DNA of 64,000 bases from Candidatus Doudnabacteria bacterium RIFCSPHIGHO2_01_FULL_46_14 (GCA_001779925.1 MFEK01000014.1:1011-65010), one strand, 5' to 3'; shown: positions 28,027-39,200, numbered from the stretch's first letter. A program made the numbers and translations. Notes: generated from the sequence alone by a model not told the origin.

Positions 28027-29450
28027 TTACAGACGCAAAATCCATTCCTGCCGGAACGCAGATTAACACAGACATCTGCATTATCGGTTCTGGCGCGGCC
28101 GGTATTCCGCTTGCTTTGGAGTTTGAAAATTCGCGCACCCGCGCCTGCATTTTGGAGAGCGGGGGGTTTGAAGATGTTGTAGATTACAGTGATGTTTATC
28201 ATTTTATTTCCAGAGGCTTGCCAGTATCTTTGGATTCGAGGACACAAGGATTTGGCGGAACCACGCGCGCCTGGGCCGGCATTTGGAAGCCTCATGACGA
28301 GATAGATTTTCGGCTCCGTCCCTGGGTTAAATATTCGGGCTGGTCTGTCGCATTTCAGGAGTTGAGCGGCTATTATGACCGGGCCGCCCAATCAGTAGGC
28401 GCTTTTCCTTTGGAATTTTTTAATCCTCCGCTCGATGCCAAAACGTTAGAGGACAGCACTCTCAACACGACTCTGGTGCGTCTCATGAAACCTGAGGATT
28501 TGGATTTTGGCCGCAAATTTAAAAGCCGTTTTGAGAACGCAGACAATCTCCATGTTTATCTGCGCGCTGTGGTTACCAGTTTTGAAAGCAACCCCGGGCA
28601 CACCGAGGTACAAAGAGTCAGGATCGCGGCTCCGGGCAAAAAAGAATTTACGCTCACTGCAAAAATTTTCGTTTTGGCCGCTGGAGGAATCGAAAATGCC
28701 CGACTGCTTTTACTCTCCAATCTCGGCAACGAGCACGACCAGGTTGGACGTTATTATATGGACCACCCCAAAGGCAAGGTTGGCAGCGTTGCCCTCAATC
28801 ATGATATAAATATTGATTTAAATCAGTATTTTGGCGCGGAGGATTCAGCCGGCAAAGTTTTCGCCGGGTTGCGGCTTTCGGACAGATTGCAGGAGCAGAG
28901 GCAAGCACTCAATAGCTATGTACAGCTAAGCCCAGTTTACGAGCAGGAAGGTTTCATGGGAAAAACAGCTAGGAAAATTTTTGGCTTAAAGCGAAAAATG
29001 AAAAAAATCGAACTCAGAAATTTCATGGAACAGGAGCCCAATCCAGACAGCCGCATCACTCTCGGCGAGAAGTGCGACTCTCTTGGCTGTCCGCGCGCGG
29101 TGATTGATTGGCAGATTTCGGAAAAAGATAAAATTACCATGAAAACTCTGCATGAGGTTCTGCGCGATAAACTAGCAGGACTTGGGATTGGCAAGCTCGA
29201 AAGTCCTCTTCTCGAAAAAAATTTGCAAGATTGGCCCATCAAAACCGATGCCTCGCATCATATGGGAACAACGCGCATGGGCACAGATCCGCGGACATCA
29301 GTGGTTGATCCGAACTGCAAGATTCACAGTGTGGCAAATTTGTATGTTGCGGGCAGCAGCGTATTTCCTACCGGCGGGTATGCAAACCCAACAGCTACGA
29401 GCATTGCCCTGGCCTTGCGCTTGGCAGACCATTTGAAGAATCGAATATAG
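28023..29450 (+). CDS. GMC-family FAD oxidoreductase
   Basis: IIGSGAAG, AAGGIENARLLL, HHMGTTRMG and ANPT motifs. Confidence 0.9.
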   Translation: MITDAKSIPAGTQINTDICIIGSGAAGIPLALEFENSRTRACILESGGFEDVVDYSDVYHFISRGLPVSLDSRTQGFGGTTRAWAGIWKPHDEIDFRLRPWVKYSGWSVAFQELSGYYDRAAQSVGAFPLEFFNPPLDAKTLEDSTLNTTLVRLMKPEDLDFGRKFKSRFENADNLHVYLRAVVTSFESNPGHTEVQRVRIAAPGKKEFTLTAKIFVLAAGGIENARLLLLSNLGNEHDQVGRYYMDHPKGKVGSVALNHDINIDLNQYFGAEDSAGKVFAGLRLSDRLQEQRQALNSYVQLSPVYEQEGFMGKTARKIFGLKRKMKKIELRNFMEQEPNPDSRITLGEKCDSLGCPRAVIDWQISEKDKITMKTLHEVLRDKLAGLGIGKLESPLLEKNLQDWPIKTDASHHMGTTRMGTDPRTSVVDPNCKIHSVANLYVAGSSVFPTGGYANPTATSIALALRLADHLKNRI

Positions 29451-29466
29451 AATTAGAATATTGATT

Positions 29467-30321
29467 ATGGAACGGAAAAAGAGAGTTTTGGTTATTGGGG
29501 CGGGTAAACGAGCGCAGGGAGCGATCATTCCAGCTCTTCTTGGCTTGTCTGCCGAGTATGAGATCGTGGCGGTTTACGCACGGAAAAAAAGGGAAATTAG
29601 GGTAATGGGGGAGCGGTTTACAATAATAGATAGTTTAGAGCAGGTGGATTTTTCTTCGCTTGATCTCATTATTGCGGCTGTCACCCTGGCAAGCGTGCCG
29701 GATGTTCTGCGGAAACTTACCAAATATGACGTGAGACATATCCGTATCATGCTCGATACCCCAGTGGTCAGGCCAAGGGATATTTTTAGTTTGCGAATGC
29801 TCAAGAATTTCCGGCACGCATCCGTAAGCGAGGATTCTATTGTCCTCGCGCCCTTTCTTGAAGCCAAAAGAGCAGGGGAAATTAGGGAAATGCGGTTTAT
29901 CCATAGCGGCTATCGTTACCACGCCCTCGCAGCTATGAAAATGATGACGGGAAACAATTACGTAAAAAGAGTGATCAATAAATACGCGAATGGCAAAATC
30001 GCGGAGCGGCATTTTTTGTTTCCGGGCGGCGCGCGTGGGGTCATCATTGAGCCCCGTGACTACAGCATTGGGAAACTGGAAATTGCAGGTTCAGCAGGCT
30101 TTTTCAATTATGAGTTTGCCGGTAAATCGATGGCGGATTTAAAAAATAAAAGCCTCGCGAAACTCATTGCTGACGAAGGCCTTGTTTATTCTGCGGCAGA
30201 CGGCGTTTATGATATGCTGGCCATCAGCTGCAGCGAAAAGCTTGGGAAGTTTTTTGATTTTCCAACGCGCCAATACTCGTTGTTATTATCGCTGATAAGA
30301 TTTATAATAGGTCATGGCTGA
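29467..30321 (+). CDS. Divergent Rossmann-fold (Gfo/Idh/MocA-like) oxidoreductase
   Basis: VLVIGAGKRA N-terminus. Confidence 0.55.
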   Translation: MERKKRVLVIGAGKRAQGAIIPALLGLSAEYEIVAVYARKKREIRVMGERFTIIDSLEQVDFSSLDLIIAAVTLASVPDVLRKLTKYDVRHIRIMLDTPVVRPRDIFSLRMLKNFRHASVSEDSIVLAPFLEAKRAGEIREMRFIHSGYRYHALAAMKMMTGNNYVKRVINKYANGKIAERHFLFPGGARGVIIEPRDYSIGKLEIAGSAGFFNYEFAGKSMADLKNKSLAKLIADEGLVYSAADGVYDMLAISCSEKLGKFFDFPTRQYSLLLSLIRFIIGHG

Positions 30322-31258
30322 AAAAGTTTTTATCACCGGCGCCAGCGGATTTATAGGAGCAAATTTAATGCGGCGTTTATTGGCTGATGGCTTTGAGGTT
30401 ACTGCCGCTATCCGGCCGGGATCAAAAAATTTTTGGCGACTCGAGGACGTAACCGATCAAATCCGGATTCTACGGCTGGACCTGACGGACCAAAAAGATA
30501 CCGCAGAAAAGCTCGGACAAATAGGGCCAAATTACATTTTTCATCTCGCCGCCTACGGTGCTTACCCGGGGCAAATTGACAGCGAGCAAATGTGGAGAAC
30601 GAATTTATTTGCCGCGATAAATTTGATTGAGGCAGCCAAGGTTGTTGGCTTCCAAAAGATGATCATTGCCGGCAGCTCCTCGGAATATGGCAAGAAATCC
30701 GAGGCTATGAAAGAAAGCGACAGACTCGAACCCAGCACTATTTATGGGGTGAGCAAAGCCGCCTCCACTCTGTATTGTCAATATAGAGCCCGAGAGGAAA
30801 AATTACCGCTCGCGATTTTACGGCCGTTTTCTGTCTACGGACCGTGGGAAGAGCCAGGAAGGCTGGCGCCCCGATTGATTGGCCGGGCTTTGAAAAATGA
30901 GCCGCTGGAACTGGTGGGCAGTAAAACCGTGCGCGATTTTATATACATAGATGACGTGGTCGAGGCTTGCTTAAAAAGCATGAATGAAGATAAGATTAAC
31001 GGGCAGATTATGAATATTTGTTCGGGGATGCAGACTGAAATAGGAGAAATGGCTGAGCAGGTGGTCAGTATCACCGGCAGTAAATCGCGGGTCCAGCGCG
31101 GCAGTTATGAAGCGCGAAGCTTTGACACTGACATTTGGGTTGGTAATCCTGAAAAAACTAAAAAACTTCTCGGTTGGCAAGCCAGGGTCGCGCTCAAGGA
31201 AGGGATTCGCCAGACTGTTGAATGGTACAAATCCCATAAGCATTATTATGAACATTGA
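30314..31258 (+). CDS. NAD-dependent sugar epimerase/reductase
   Basis: TGASGFIG, GSSSEYG and YGVSK motifs. Confidence 0.88.
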   Translation: MAEKVFITGASGFIGANLMRRLLADGFEVTAAIRPGSKNFWRLEDVTDQIRILRLDLTDQKDTAEKLGQIGPNYIFHLAAYGAYPGQIDSEQMWRTNLFAAINLIEAAKVVGFQKMIIAGSSSEYGKKSEAMKESDRLEPSTIYGVSKAASTLYCQYRAREEKLPLAILRPFSVYGPWEEPGRLAPRLIGRALKNEPLELVGSKTVRDFIYIDDVVEACLKSMNEDKINGQIMNICSGMQTEIGEMAEQVVSITGSKSRVQRGSYEARSFDTDIWVGNPEKTKKLLGWQARVALKEGIRQTVEWYKSHKHYYEH

Positions 31259-32045
31259 TTATCGTCAATTGGAGCAGCACGCGCAAAACATCCGTCGTAA
31301 CGTCATTAAGATGGCTGTCCGCGCCAAATCCGCGCATCTGGGAGGAGTACTGTCCATAGTAGAAATTTTGACGGTGCTGTATTTTCAGATTTTGAAGATT
31401 GATCCGCAGGCCGCGCACGACCCTGACCGCGACCGTTTGATTTTCAGCAAGGGACACGCCGGACTGGCTTTGTACGCCGCTCTGGTAGAGAGAGGTTTCG
31501 CCGCTGAAGAGATTCTAGAAACTTTCTATAAAGACGATACAATGCTTACCGCTCATCCGACAAAGGACTGCATGCCGGGCGTGGAAACTACGACCGGTTC
31601 TCTCGGTCACGGTTTGCCTCTGGGAACAGGGCTTGCCTGGGCCGCTAAACACGACAACCAGCCGTTTCGAACGTTTGTCCTCATGAGCGACGGGGAGTGC
31701 GACGGAGGCTCGACCTGGGAAAGCATTTTGTTTGCCGGCCATCACCAGATGGATAACCTTATCGCCGTGGTTGATTACAACAAAATCCAGGGCTTCGGCA
31801 GAACAGCGGAAGTTTTGAATCTCGAACCATTCGTAAAAAAATGGGAGTCTTTCAACTGGGCAGTACAAGAAGTTGATGGTCACGACTTGGCCAAGCTTCA
31901 GGAAGTTCTTTCACAAGTTCCTTTCCAAACAGGAAAGCCCAGCGTGGTAATCGCCCATACTATAAAAGGTAAAGGCACAAGCCTTGAGGACACCCTGGAT
32001 TCTCATTATAAAATTCCGCCGGAATATGCGACCGACCTTCATTAA
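31248..32045 (+). CDS. Transketolase N-terminal (ThDP-binding) subunit
   Basis: SKGHA, GSLGHG and SDGEC motifs. Confidence 0.9.
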   Translation: MNIDYRQLEQHAQNIRRNVIKMAVRAKSAHLGGVLSIVEILTVLYFQILKIDPQAAHDPDRDRLIFSKGHAGLALYAALVERGFAAEEILETFYKDDTMLTAHPTKDCMPGVETTTGSLGHGLPLGTGLAWAAKHDNQPFRTFVLMSDGECDGGSTWESILFAGHHQMDNLIAVVDYNKIQGFGRTAEVLNLEPFVKKWESFNWAVQEVDGHDLAKLQEVLSQVPFQTGKPSVVIAHTIKGKGTSLEDTLDSHYKIPPEYATDLH

Positions 32046-32955
32046 AACTTTGGTAGAACTGGCGCAAAAAGATGAACGAATCTTTTTACTGACCGGGGAT
32101 CTGGGCTACGCGGCGCTGGAGCCATTCCGGGAAAAATTTCCGAAACGATTTATCAACATGGGAGTTGCCGAACAAAATATGGCTGGTTTTGCGGCTGGCC
32201 TGGCCATGTCCGGCAAACTGCCGGTGGTTTACTCTATTGCCACTTTTGTGACGCTCAAGACGCTTGAGCAAGTCCGCAATGATATTTGTTATCAAAATCT
32301 AAATGTTAAAATCGTCGGGGTCGGGTCAGGCCTGACTTATTCTCAGTACGGGGCGACCCATCATTCACAGGAGGACATCGGCCTCATGCGCCTTTTACCC
32401 AATATGAAAGTAATCTGTCCCGGTGATCCCGTAGAGGTAGAGGCCGCAACGAGAGCGATGATGGCTGATCCGCAGCCCTGTTATCTGCGGATCGGATCGC
32501 GGGGCGAACCAGTACTGCATGAACCACCAATTGATTTTCAAATCGGCAAGGGGATCACGCTCCGGCCGGGAAAAGACATCGCGCTTGTGGCTACCGGCAA
32601 TATGCTAGAAAATACGATGAAAGCCGCAGAGCTGTTGCGCGGCAGCGGTTTATCGCCGCAAGTTGTAAGTATGCATACGGTCAAGCCGCTCGATGCGAAT
32701 TTATTGAAAGAGCTGTTCATAAATTTTCAGCAAGTATTCACGATCGAGGAACACAGTCAAATAGGCGGCTTTGGAAGCGCGGTCGCGGAACTGGCGGCTG
32801 AGCTTCATGACGGGCGGGCTAGTTTGCATCGAATCGCGCTGCCTGATCAGTTTCAGAAACTCGGTGCTTGGCTCGCGAGACTGCGTCAGGAAAACGGTTT
32901 GAGTCCGGAAGGGATTGCCGAAACCGTAAGAAAAATATATAATCAGACCTCATGA
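32026..32955 (+). CDS. Transketolase C-terminal subunit
   Basis: GVAEQN, GATHH and EEH..IGGFG motifs. Confidence 0.9.
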   Translation: MRPTFIKTLVELAQKDERIFLLTGDLGYAALEPFREKFPKRFINMGVAEQNMAGFAAGLAMSGKLPVVYSIATFVTLKTLEQVRNDICYQNLNVKIVGVGSGLTYSQYGATHHSQEDIGLMRLLPNMKVICPGDPVEVEAATRAMMADPQPCYLRIGSRGEPVLHEPPIDFQIGKGITLRPGKDIALVATGNMLENTMKAAELLRGSGLSPQVVSMHTVKPLDANLLKELFINFQQVFTIEEHSQIGGFGSAVAELAAELHDGRASLHRIALPDQFQKLGAWLARLRQENGLSPEGIAETVRKIYNQTS

Positions 32956-33920
32956 TTACAGATAAAAAAATCTCCGCGGTAATTGCCTGCTATATGGATG
33001 GCCAGTCCATTCCGGTTATGTATCAGCGTTTGACCGCAGTATTTCGTCAGGTAACGCCTTATTATGAAATAATTTTCGTTAACGACGGCAGTCTTGATGA
33101 TTCGGAAGAGATTTTAACCGCGCTCGCAAGTAAAGATAAGCGCGTAGTCGCGGTGAATCACGCCCGCAATTTCAGTTCCCAAAACGCTTTTCTTTCCGGA
33201 ATGCATGTTGCTACCGGTGATGCAGTGGTATTGCTCGATGGTGATTTACAGGATCCGCCGGAGATGATCCCGGATTTTGTCCGCAAATGGCTGGAAGGGT
33301 ATGATGTTGTTTACGGCGTCAGATCCAAACGGGAAGCGAGTTTGTTTCTGCGCGCGAGCTATAAACTCTTTTATCGGATTTTTCAAAAGCTGTCATATGT
33401 GCCGGTGCCGCTTGACGCAGGCGATTTTTCCTTACTCGACCGGAAAATCGTGAATGTTTTGGACGCGATGCCGGAGCGGGATATCTTTTTACGCGGATTG
33501 CGCGCCTGGGTCGGGTTTAAGCAAGTGGGGGTTTCTTATGTCCGGCCGGAGCGGATGTTTGGCCGCAGCAACAATAATCTGATAAAGAATTTTCGCTGGG
33601 CCAGAAAAGGGATTTTTTCATTTTCTTATGCTCCCCTGGAATGGGTTTCTTATGTTGCCGGGATAGTCACGGTTTTAGCAGCCCTCACTATCGTCGTTTA
33701 CGTAGCGCTCTTTTTTATTTACGGAGCTCCACAAGGATTTATCACCACCTTGGTCATCACTTTGTTTTTGGGCACCATACAACTGCTGGCATTGTCCGTG
33801 ATCGGCGAGTATGTGGCTAAGATCTTTGAAGAGGTCAAATCTCGTCCTAAATATATTGTGAAGAGCATATTTAATGATCCAAGAAATAAACCTCGCGATC
33901 CGGGTTTGCCAGAATCGTGA
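32952..33920 (+). CDS. GT2 polyprenol-phosphate glycosyltransferase (GtrB-like)
   Basis: NDGS, DGDLQDPP and GDFSLLDR motifs; two C-terminal TM helices. Confidence 0.9.
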   Translation: MITDKKISAVIACYMDGQSIPVMYQRLTAVFRQVTPYYEIIFVNDGSLDDSEEILTALASKDKRVVAVNHARNFSSQNAFLSGMHVATGDAVVLLDGDLQDPPEMIPDFVRKWLEGYDVVYGVRSKREASLFLRASYKLFYRIFQKLSYVPVPLDAGDFSLLDRKIVNVLDAMPERDIFLRGLRAWVGFKQVGVSYVRPERMFGRSNNNLIKNFRWARKGIFSFSYAPLEWVSYVAGIVTVLAALTIVVYVALFFIYGAPQGFITTLVITLFLGTIQLLALSVIGEYVAKIFEEVKSRPKYIVKSIFNDPRNKPRDPGLPES

Positions 33921-33948
33921 TATTATTGTATAATTTGAAGACTTAAAT

Positions 33949-35229
33949 ATGGATAACCAAGAGTTTAGACCCGGCATTGATCGGGTATTATATACTAAAG
34001 CGGTTTACGGGGAAGAAGAAATTGCCGCGGTTGCCAAGGCCCTTCGCGAGGGATGGCTTGGCAATGGGAAGTACACGGAAGAATTTGAGCAAAAGACCGC
34101 TGAGCTATATGGGAAGAAATACGGGCTGTTCGTCAACTCCGGCACTTCGGCCAACATGCTGGCCATGGAGATCGCCAAACTCCCCAAGGGCAGTGAAGTC
34201 ATTACCCAGGCCTGTACGTTTCCGGCAACTCTGTCTCCCATTGTTCAGCAGGGGTTCATCCCGGTGTTCGTTGATTCCAAGATCGGTTCCTATAACATTG
34301 ATTTAGATCAAATCGAGCCGGCAATTTCTGAAAATACGAAAGCCGTTTTTATTTCGCATGCCCTGGGTAACGTCAATCACATGCGCCGTTTGCGGGAGAT
34401 TTGCGATAAATATAAATTGCTGTTTATAGAGGATGCCTGCGACACGATCGGCTGTAAATTTGCTGGCCGGCCTACCGGCGAATATTCGGACATTACTACT
34501 GCGAGTTTCTATGCCGCGCACAATATCACCGCGGGCGGCGGCGGCGGCATGGTTATGGCGAGCGACCCGAAACTCATTTTAGAGGCGAGAATGCTTAACG
34601 ACTGGGGGAGAGCCATGCCTACCTCCGCGGACGAAAATCTGGGAGAGCGTTTTGCCGGCAAGCTGGCCGATACTGATTTTGACGCGAAATTTACTTTTAT
34701 CAAGCAAACCTACAATTTCAAAGCAGTGGAGATGCAAGCGGCATTCGGGCTGGAACAGCTGAAAAAATTGCCGCAGTTTAACGCCAGACGCGCCAGGAAT
34801 TTCCGGCGCCTTTATGATTTTTTTGATCAGCACCGAGAACATTTTTTGCTGCCGGAAATTTTGCCGCAAGCCGAAGTTTATCTGATTGCTTTTCCGGTGA
34901 CAATCAAACCGGAGTCTCCCATAAATCGCAAAGAGCTGATGCTGTTTCTCGAAGAAAACAAAATTCAAACCCGTCCTCTGTTTGCCGGCAATATCCTGCG
35001 GCATCCGGCATTCAAAAACATTACCAAGCGCGTTCACGGCCAAATGGTCAACTCTGACCTGGTTATGAAATATAGCTTCCTGATCGGGTGTCATCATGGC
35101 ATGACTGATAGCATGCTTGACTATATGCTGGGCATTTTCGAAAAGTTTTTGAAAATGATGGAAACCAGGAAAACGCAAAAGATTTTTGAACAAGTCGAGT
35201 TAATTGATTTAAGAGACGACATTCCGTGA
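33949..35229 (+). CDS. DegT-family PLP/PMP enzyme, RfbH/ColD-like 3-dehydratase type
   Basis: VNSGTSAN, EDACD and SFYAAHNIT (His at the usual Lys position). Confidence 0.8.
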   Translation: MDNQEFRPGIDRVLYTKAVYGEEEIAAVAKALREGWLGNGKYTEEFEQKTAELYGKKYGLFVNSGTSANMLAMEIAKLPKGSEVITQACTFPATLSPIVQQGFIPVFVDSKIGSYNIDLDQIEPAISENTKAVFISHALGNVNHMRRLREICDKYKLLFIEDACDTIGCKFAGRPTGEYSDITTASFYAAHNITAGGGGGMVMASDPKLILEARMLNDWGRAMPTSADENLGERFAGKLADTDFDAKFTFIKQTYNFKAVEMQAAFGLEQLKKLPQFNARRARNFRRLYDFFDQHREHFLLPEILPQAEVYLIAFPVTIKPESPINRKELMLFLEENKIQTRPLFAGNILRHPAFKNITKRVHGQMVNSDLVMKYSFLIGCHHGMTDSMLDYMLGIFEKFLKMMETRKTQKIFEQVELIDLRDDIP

Positions 35230-37046
35230 AGCTTTCCGATTATTTAGTTCAGTACCTTGTAGATTTGAATGTCAAGCACGTTTTTTTAGTTATTGGGGGA
35301 GCATGCGCGATTCTTGTTGACGCGATCGGTAAAAACAAGAATCTAAAATACGTTTGCACGCAGCACGAACAAAGCGCGGCCATGGCTGTGGATGCATATT
35401 CGCGCATGACGCAGAACTTCGGCGTGGCAGTCGTAACGTCCGGACCGGGAGCGACCAATCTCATTACCGGCATTTGCTGCGCTTATTTTGATTCGATCCC
35501 GTGTTTGTTTATTGGCGGCCAGGTGAACATTTGGGAAACAAAAGGGGACAAAAAGATCCGCCAGCTTGGTTTTCAGGAAACCGATATCATTGATATGGTT
35601 AAACCAATCACCAAATTTGCGGTTCTGGTCAAGGCGCCGGAAAAGATAAAATATTATTTGGAAAAGGCCGTGTATCTGGCTAAATCCGGCCGGCCGGGTC
35701 CTGTGTGGCTCGACATCCCCATGAATGTCCAGCAGGCTGAAATCGATCCCGACACTCTCGTGGGTTTTGATCCGTCTGAGCTTGGAGAAAAACCGGCAGA
35801 TGTGGCTCAGGAAACTATCTTTAAAATCTTAGCAGAGCTTAAAAAGGCCAAGCGGCCGGTGGTTATCGCCGGATCGGGGATCAAGCTTGGCAAAGCGCAA
35901 ATAGATTTTCTTGAATTTATTAAAAAATTCCGCGCTCCGGTTATTTCCACTTGGAGCGGCGTAGATATTTTACCCTATGATCACGAACTCTATATAGGGC
36001 AATTTGGAGTGTACGGAAATCGCGCGGCGAATTTCACCGTTCAAAACGCAGATCTTGTTCTCAGTCTCGGGTCGCGTCTTGATACCAGGCAGACAGGGGG
36101 GCAGCCAAAAACCTTTGCAAGAGCGGCCAAAAAGATTGTCGTGGATATTGACCGGGGCGAGCTGGAAAAAGACTGGGTAGTGGCGGACCTTCCCGTGTGC
36201 GCGAACGTTAAAGACGTGCTCACAAAACTCAATGATAGTCAGAATGAGACTTTGGAATTTCCAGATTGGCTTGTCAAAGCCAAAGAATGGAAGCAGCGCT
36301 ATCCGGCGGTTCTTCCCGAATTCTACGATCAGAAAGGCTCGGTCAATTCCTATGTTTTTGCCAAAACCTTATCAGAAAAACTCCAGCCGGGCGCGGTGGT
36401 GGTTGCGGACCAGGGGGGCAATCTGACCTGGACAATACAGGCTTTTCAGGTAAAAAACGGACAGCAGCTTTTTTCCGCGTTTGGCAACTCGCCCATGGGT
36501 TACGCTTTGCCCGCGGCCATTGGCGCGGCATTCGCGCGTCCGGGAGAGGCGATTATCTGCATTGACGGCGATTGCGGATTTCAGATGAACATTCAGGAAC
36601 TGCAGACAGTCAAATATTACAATCTGCCGATCAAAATATTTATTTTGAACAATCATTCATACGGCATTATCAAGCAGTTCCAGGAGATTTATTTTGAAGG
36701 ACGCTACACTGCAACTACGCCGGAGACTGGCTACAGCGTGCCGGATTTCATAAAGATCTCCGAGGCTTACGGCATTCCTACGATGACAATCTCTAATCAT
36801 CAGGAACTTTTGGGAAAACTTGACCAAATCCTGGAAGCTGAGGGACCGATTCTCTGCGACGTAATTCTTGACGAGAACCAGAAGCTTATTCCCAAGCTGG
36901 TCTCTGTAAGAAACACTGAAGGCCGCTACATCAGCAGGCCCATAGAAGATTTGTCTCCGCCCTTGTCGCGCGAAGAGCTCAAGGCCAACATGATCGTGAA
37001 AATGCTTGATGAAGAGAAAAGTGAAAAACCCACGGAGATAAACTAA
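35226..37046 (+). CDS. ThDP-dependent acetolactate-synthase-like enzyme (YerE-like context)
   Basis: HEQSAAMA, TSGPGATN, GFQETD and DGD....N motifs. Confidence 0.88.
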   Translation: MKLSDYLVQYLVDLNVKHVFLVIGGACAILVDAIGKNKNLKYVCTQHEQSAAMAVDAYSRMTQNFGVAVVTSGPGATNLITGICCAYFDSIPCLFIGGQVNIWETKGDKKIRQLGFQETDIIDMVKPITKFAVLVKAPEKIKYYLEKAVYLAKSGRPGPVWLDIPMNVQQAEIDPDTLVGFDPSELGEKPADVAQETIFKILAELKKAKRPVVIAGSGIKLGKAQIDFLEFIKKFRAPVISTWSGVDILPYDHELYIGQFGVYGNRAANFTVQNADLVLSLGSRLDTRQTGGQPKTFARAAKKIVVDIDRGELEKDWVVADLPVCANVKDVLTKLNDSQNETLEFPDWLVKAKEWKQRYPAVLPEFYDQKGSVNSYVFAKTLSEKLQPGAVVVADQGGNLTWTIQAFQVKNGQQLFSAFGNSPMGYALPAAIGAAFARPGEAIICIDGDCGFQMNIQELQTVKYYNLPIKIFILNNHSYGIIKQFQEIYFEGRYTATTPETGYSVPDFIKISEAYGIPTMTISNHQELLGKLDQILEAEGPILCDVILDENQKLIPKLVSVRNTEGRYISRPIEDLSPPLSREELKANMIVKMLDEEKSEKPTEIN

Positions 37047-37050
37047 CATA

Positions 37051-37998
37051 ATGACCAATAAAAAAATTTCAGTAATAGTGATTTGTTATAATGACGGCGG
37101 CAGCGTGCAGGAAATGTACCGGCGCGTTACTGAAAGCATGCGTCAGATTACTGACAACTACGAGATCGTTTACGTCAATGACGCGAGTCCCGACAATGCT
37201 TATGAGCGCCTTAAGGTGCTTGCAGAAAAAGATAAGCGGCTCGTGGTTATAACGCATACCCGCAATTTCGGCGGTCAAAACGCTTATACCTCGGGACTCG
37301 AGTATTGCACGGGCGATGCGGCCATAACGCTTGACGGCGATATTCAGGACCCGCCGGAAATGTTTCCGAAGCTTGTAGAGAAATGGCTCGCTGGCTACGA
37401 AATCGTTTATGGCGACCGCGTGGAAAGAGAGGGGAGCATCATCCGTAGAATTTTTTATAAAATATTTTACAAAGTCTTCAGTGCCATGTCCGCAGTAAAA
37501 ATGCCGCTCAATGCCAGCGATTTTGCGCTCCTGGACCGTAAAGTGATCGATGCGCTAAAAAATATGCCCGAATCCGGCCGGTTTATCCGCGGTATGCGCG
37601 CCTGGACCGGGTTTAAAAGCATCGGCATTCCTTATAAGCGCTTGGCGCGGTTTTCCGGCCGCACCAACCTGACTTTTTTGGGCAACGTGCGCTGGGCCAG
37701 GCTCGCGATTTTTTCTTTTTCCGACCGCCCTTTGGAATGGATCTCGTATTTGGCGATGATCATGACATTTTTGGCCGCGTTAGGAATCGTTTTTTATATT
37801 ATATTTGCGATTTTCAATCCCGCCCCGTCCGGCTTTTTGACTATTCTCGTTTCCGTATTGTTTTTGGGAGCCATCCAGCTTTTATCCCTGAGCGCCATCG
37901 GCGAATACATTGCCCGAATTTTTGAAGAGGTCAAGAACCGCCCGAAATATATCCGCAGGGAGATACTAAATGATTACAAAGGAGAAATAAAAAAATGA
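37051..37998 (+). CDS. GT2 polyprenol-phosphate glycosyltransferase (GtrB-like), paralogue of 32952
   Basis: DGDIQDPP and SDFALLDR motifs; C-terminal TM helices. Confidence 0.9.
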   Translation: MTNKKISVIVICYNDGGSVQEMYRRVTESMRQITDNYEIVYVNDASPDNAYERLKVLAEKDKRLVVITHTRNFGGQNAYTSGLEYCTGDAAITLDGDIQDPPEMFPKLVEKWLAGYEIVYGDRVEREGSIIRRIFYKIFYKVFSAMSAVKMPLNASDFALLDRKVIDALKNMPESGRFIRGMRAWTGFKSIGIPYKRLARFSGRTNLTFLGNVRWARLAIFSFSDRPLEWISYLAMIMTFLAALGIVFYIIFAIFNPAPSGFLTILVSVLFLGAIQLLSLSAIGEYIARIFEEVKNRPKYIRREILNDYKGEIKK

Positions 37999-39155
37999 AG
38001 CTCTCAAAGGCCGCGGAAAAACTCAAAGGCAGTCCCATGTTTCAGTTTTTGGCCAAAGCCCAAGAGCTGGAGCGACAGGGCCGGAAAATTTATCATTTTG
38101 AAATCGGCGATCCGGATTTTGATACGCCCGAGCATGTGAACCGCGCCGGCATAGAAGCCATAGAAAAAGGGGAGACGCACTATGTCAATTCCCTGGGCAT
38201 CCGCGAGCTGCGGGAGGCGATTTGCGAGGAAACCGAAAAAACTTTGGGCTTCAAACCCGACCTTGACCAGGTGGTGATCGCGCCGGCGATTTCTTTTATC
38301 TATTTTGTAACGCGCTGCGTGGCCGATCCCGGCGATGAGGTCATTGTGCCGGATCCGGGATTTTCTTCGTATTATTCCGCCTTCGACTTCATTGGCGTGA
38401 AATGGGTCAGCGTACCCCTGCGCGAGGAGAATGAGTTTCGTATGAATTCCAAGGATATTGAGGAGCGCATCACTCCAAAAACGAAACTCATCATTATTAA
38501 TTCGCCGCAAAATCCGACCGGCGCTGTCATGACGCGCGAAGAACTCGAAGAGGTTGGCAGGATCGCGGAGAAGCACGGCATTTATCTCTTAACAGACGAG
38601 ACCTACGGCAAGATGACTTATGAATATCCGCACTATTCGCCAGCCACACTTGATAAATGCCGCAAGCAGACCATTATTTTAAATAGTTTTTCTAAAACTT
38701 ACGCCATGACTGGCTGGCGCCTCGGTTGGGCCGTAGCGCCCAAAGAGTTGGTTATTAAGCTGGGACTCATGATCCAGACAATTATCTCTGCAGTGCCGCC
38801 GTTTATTCAGAAAGCCGGCATAGCCGCGCTCCGGGGGGACCAGTCGTTTATTACGAAAAGTTTAAAAGAATACCAAAGCCGCCGCGATGTCATGGTCAGG
38901 ATATTAAATGAAATGCCTGGCGTAAAATGCTTTAGCCCCAAAGGCGCATTTTACGTTTTTCCGAATATTACTGGCACTGGCATGACTAGCGAAGAGTTTA
39001 CCAATTTTGCCCTGGAAAAAGCCGGTGTAGTTTTGCTTCCCGGGACGACTTTCGGCCAGTACGGGGAAGGTTATGTGCGTCTTGTCTACGCCAATTCGCT
39101 CGCGAACATTGAAGAAGGGCTGACCAAGCTGAAACAGGCTCTATTGCAGAAATAG
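37995..39155 (+). CDS. Class I/II PLP aminotransferase
   Basis: GDPDF, NSPQNPTG, DETY and SKTYAMTGWRLG motifs. Confidence 0.92.
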   Translation: MKLSKAAEKLKGSPMFQFLAKAQELERQGRKIYHFEIGDPDFDTPEHVNRAGIEAIEKGETHYVNSLGIRELREAICEETEKTLGFKPDLDQVVIAPAISFIYFVTRCVADPGDEVIVPDPGFSSYYSAFDFIGVKWVSVPLREENEFRMNSKDIEERITPKTKLIIINSPQNPTGAVMTREELEEVGRIAEKHGIYLLTDETYGKMTYEYPHYSPATLDKCRKQTIILNSFSKTYAMTGWRLGWAVAPKELVIKLGLMIQTIISAVPPFIQKAGIAALRGDQSFITKSLKEYQSRRDVMVRILNEMPGVKCFSPKGAFYVFPNITGTGMTSEEFTNFALEKAGVVLLPGTTFGQYGEGYVRLVYANSLANIEEGLTKLKQALLQK

Positions 39156-39200
39156 CACGTCTGAGTTAAACTGACTGGAAATCTAGAAGAGGAGGTTTTT

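Noticed and set aside
29438-29472. GAATATA-like heptamer tract at a gene junction
   Set aside because: Too degenerate and AT-rich to call confidently, though it resembles the other heptamer arrays.
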